A stretch of DNA of 64,000 nt from Zootoca vivipara (taxonomy: Eukaryota), in contig NC_083279.1 of assembly GCF_963506605.1 (NCBI RefSeq), forward strand, positions 63,116,001 to 63,180,000, written 5' to 3'. This document shows, piece after piece, positions 63,271 to 64,000 of the stretch; the stretch's first letter is position 1, and each line of letters starts with the position of its first letter. The notes beneath the pieces are model-generated. The model searched no databases. It was given only the letters and a program-made list of their open reading frames with translations, and was not told where the DNA came from. The position numbers and the translations under genes were made by a program.

Positions 63271-63440
63271 TAGTTACAGGTAGGTAGCCGTGTTGGTCTG
63301 AGTCGCAGCAAAATAAAAAAATTCCTTCAGTAGCACCTTAAAGACCAACTAAGTTTATATTTCGTGCATGCACACGAAAGCTCATACCAAAATATAAACT
63401 TAGTTGGTCTTTAAGGTGCTACTGAAGGAATTTTTTTATT
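63271..63440. mobile_element. Penelope-like element fragment with inverted pLTR pieces
   Basis: GTAGCCGTGTTGGTCTG followed by an ~50-bp inverted repeat around a truncated hammerhead (GTGCATGCACACGAAAGCTCATACC). Outer duplication ATTTGGGAACTG at 61112-61123 and 63438-63449. Confidence 0.75.
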
Positions 63441-64000
63441 TGGGAACTGGTTATACAGGCTGATTCCACTTCATAACAGCATTTGCTTTCTCTAGCTGTT
63501 AGAATTGTCATGAAGAAAGTACAAAGCTTCAAAGTGGGTTGCAGCTCAGTAACAAAACAAAACAGAGAGAGTTTAAAGGATGGTTCAAACGTTTCTTGCT
63601 TTGGCTCAGCTGTGACCAAACGCCTTCTGTTACCAGATACTCATGGGCAGATCATAATGGTTCCTGCCTGTATGTGATCCTAGACTCTGGGCTTGGCCCC
63701 CCAAGACCCCACCAATGTAGGAAGCAGCAGCAAAAAATAGGGGGAGGAATTAAAATATAGGTGGTTCTGGGGTGGGTGGAGAGGTTTAAATCTCTCTTTG
63801 CAGCCCAGTGGCCTAAAAGGGATGCAGATTGCCTGCTCCCCACTCATCAATCATTTGATGAGTAGGGAAAGGGTAATAATTCTGCTTCTCAGCTGATCTG
63901 CAGACTGTGTGTCGTCCTGCATCTCTGCAATATTGTGGGATGGCTCCACCCACTTCTGGGTGCCTCAGGCCAAAGGTGATGGCAGCAGCCCTTTTGGCCT

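Noticed and set aside
63362-63390. Hammerhead in the distal Penelope fragment
   Set aside because: The CUGANGA half of the core is deleted by the inversion.
1-64000. CRISPR arrays or prokaryotic operons
   Set aside because: The sequence is intron-rich vertebrate DNA; all regular repeats are microsatellites or transposons.

Overview
Vertebrate genomic DNA from a squamate reptile, probably a lizard (inferred from its Bov-B/RTE, CR1, L2, Penelope, Helitron and hAT-MITE content). The window covers the RCSD1 - tRNA-Pro pair - MPZL1 syntenic block. It holds five clear coding exons of RCSD1 (CapZIP, + strand, 29849-38805) and two candidate alternative first coding exons (9610-9660, 13098-13172). 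A convergent tRNA-Pro(CGG)/tRNA-Pro(AGG) pair follows at 47617-48514, then a rearranged MPZL1 (PZR) cluster. In that cluster, a complete 3-exon MPZL1-like paralog (51414-55491) has lost the transmembrane/ITIM part and ends in a Thr/Ala stalk plus a GPI-anchor-like signal. There is also an orphan MPZL1-type signal-peptide exon on the minus strand (58389-58524) and the start of another paralog (60139-60256). Other notable items are a minimal Penelope-type hammerhead ribozyme in sense orientation about 30 nt into an RCSD1 intron, a 2.1-kb polyadenylated non-autonomous retroposon with an acidic ORF nested in a Penelope fragment, and a MITE-centred palindrome between the head-to-head exons. All calls are from manual reading; no database searches were run.
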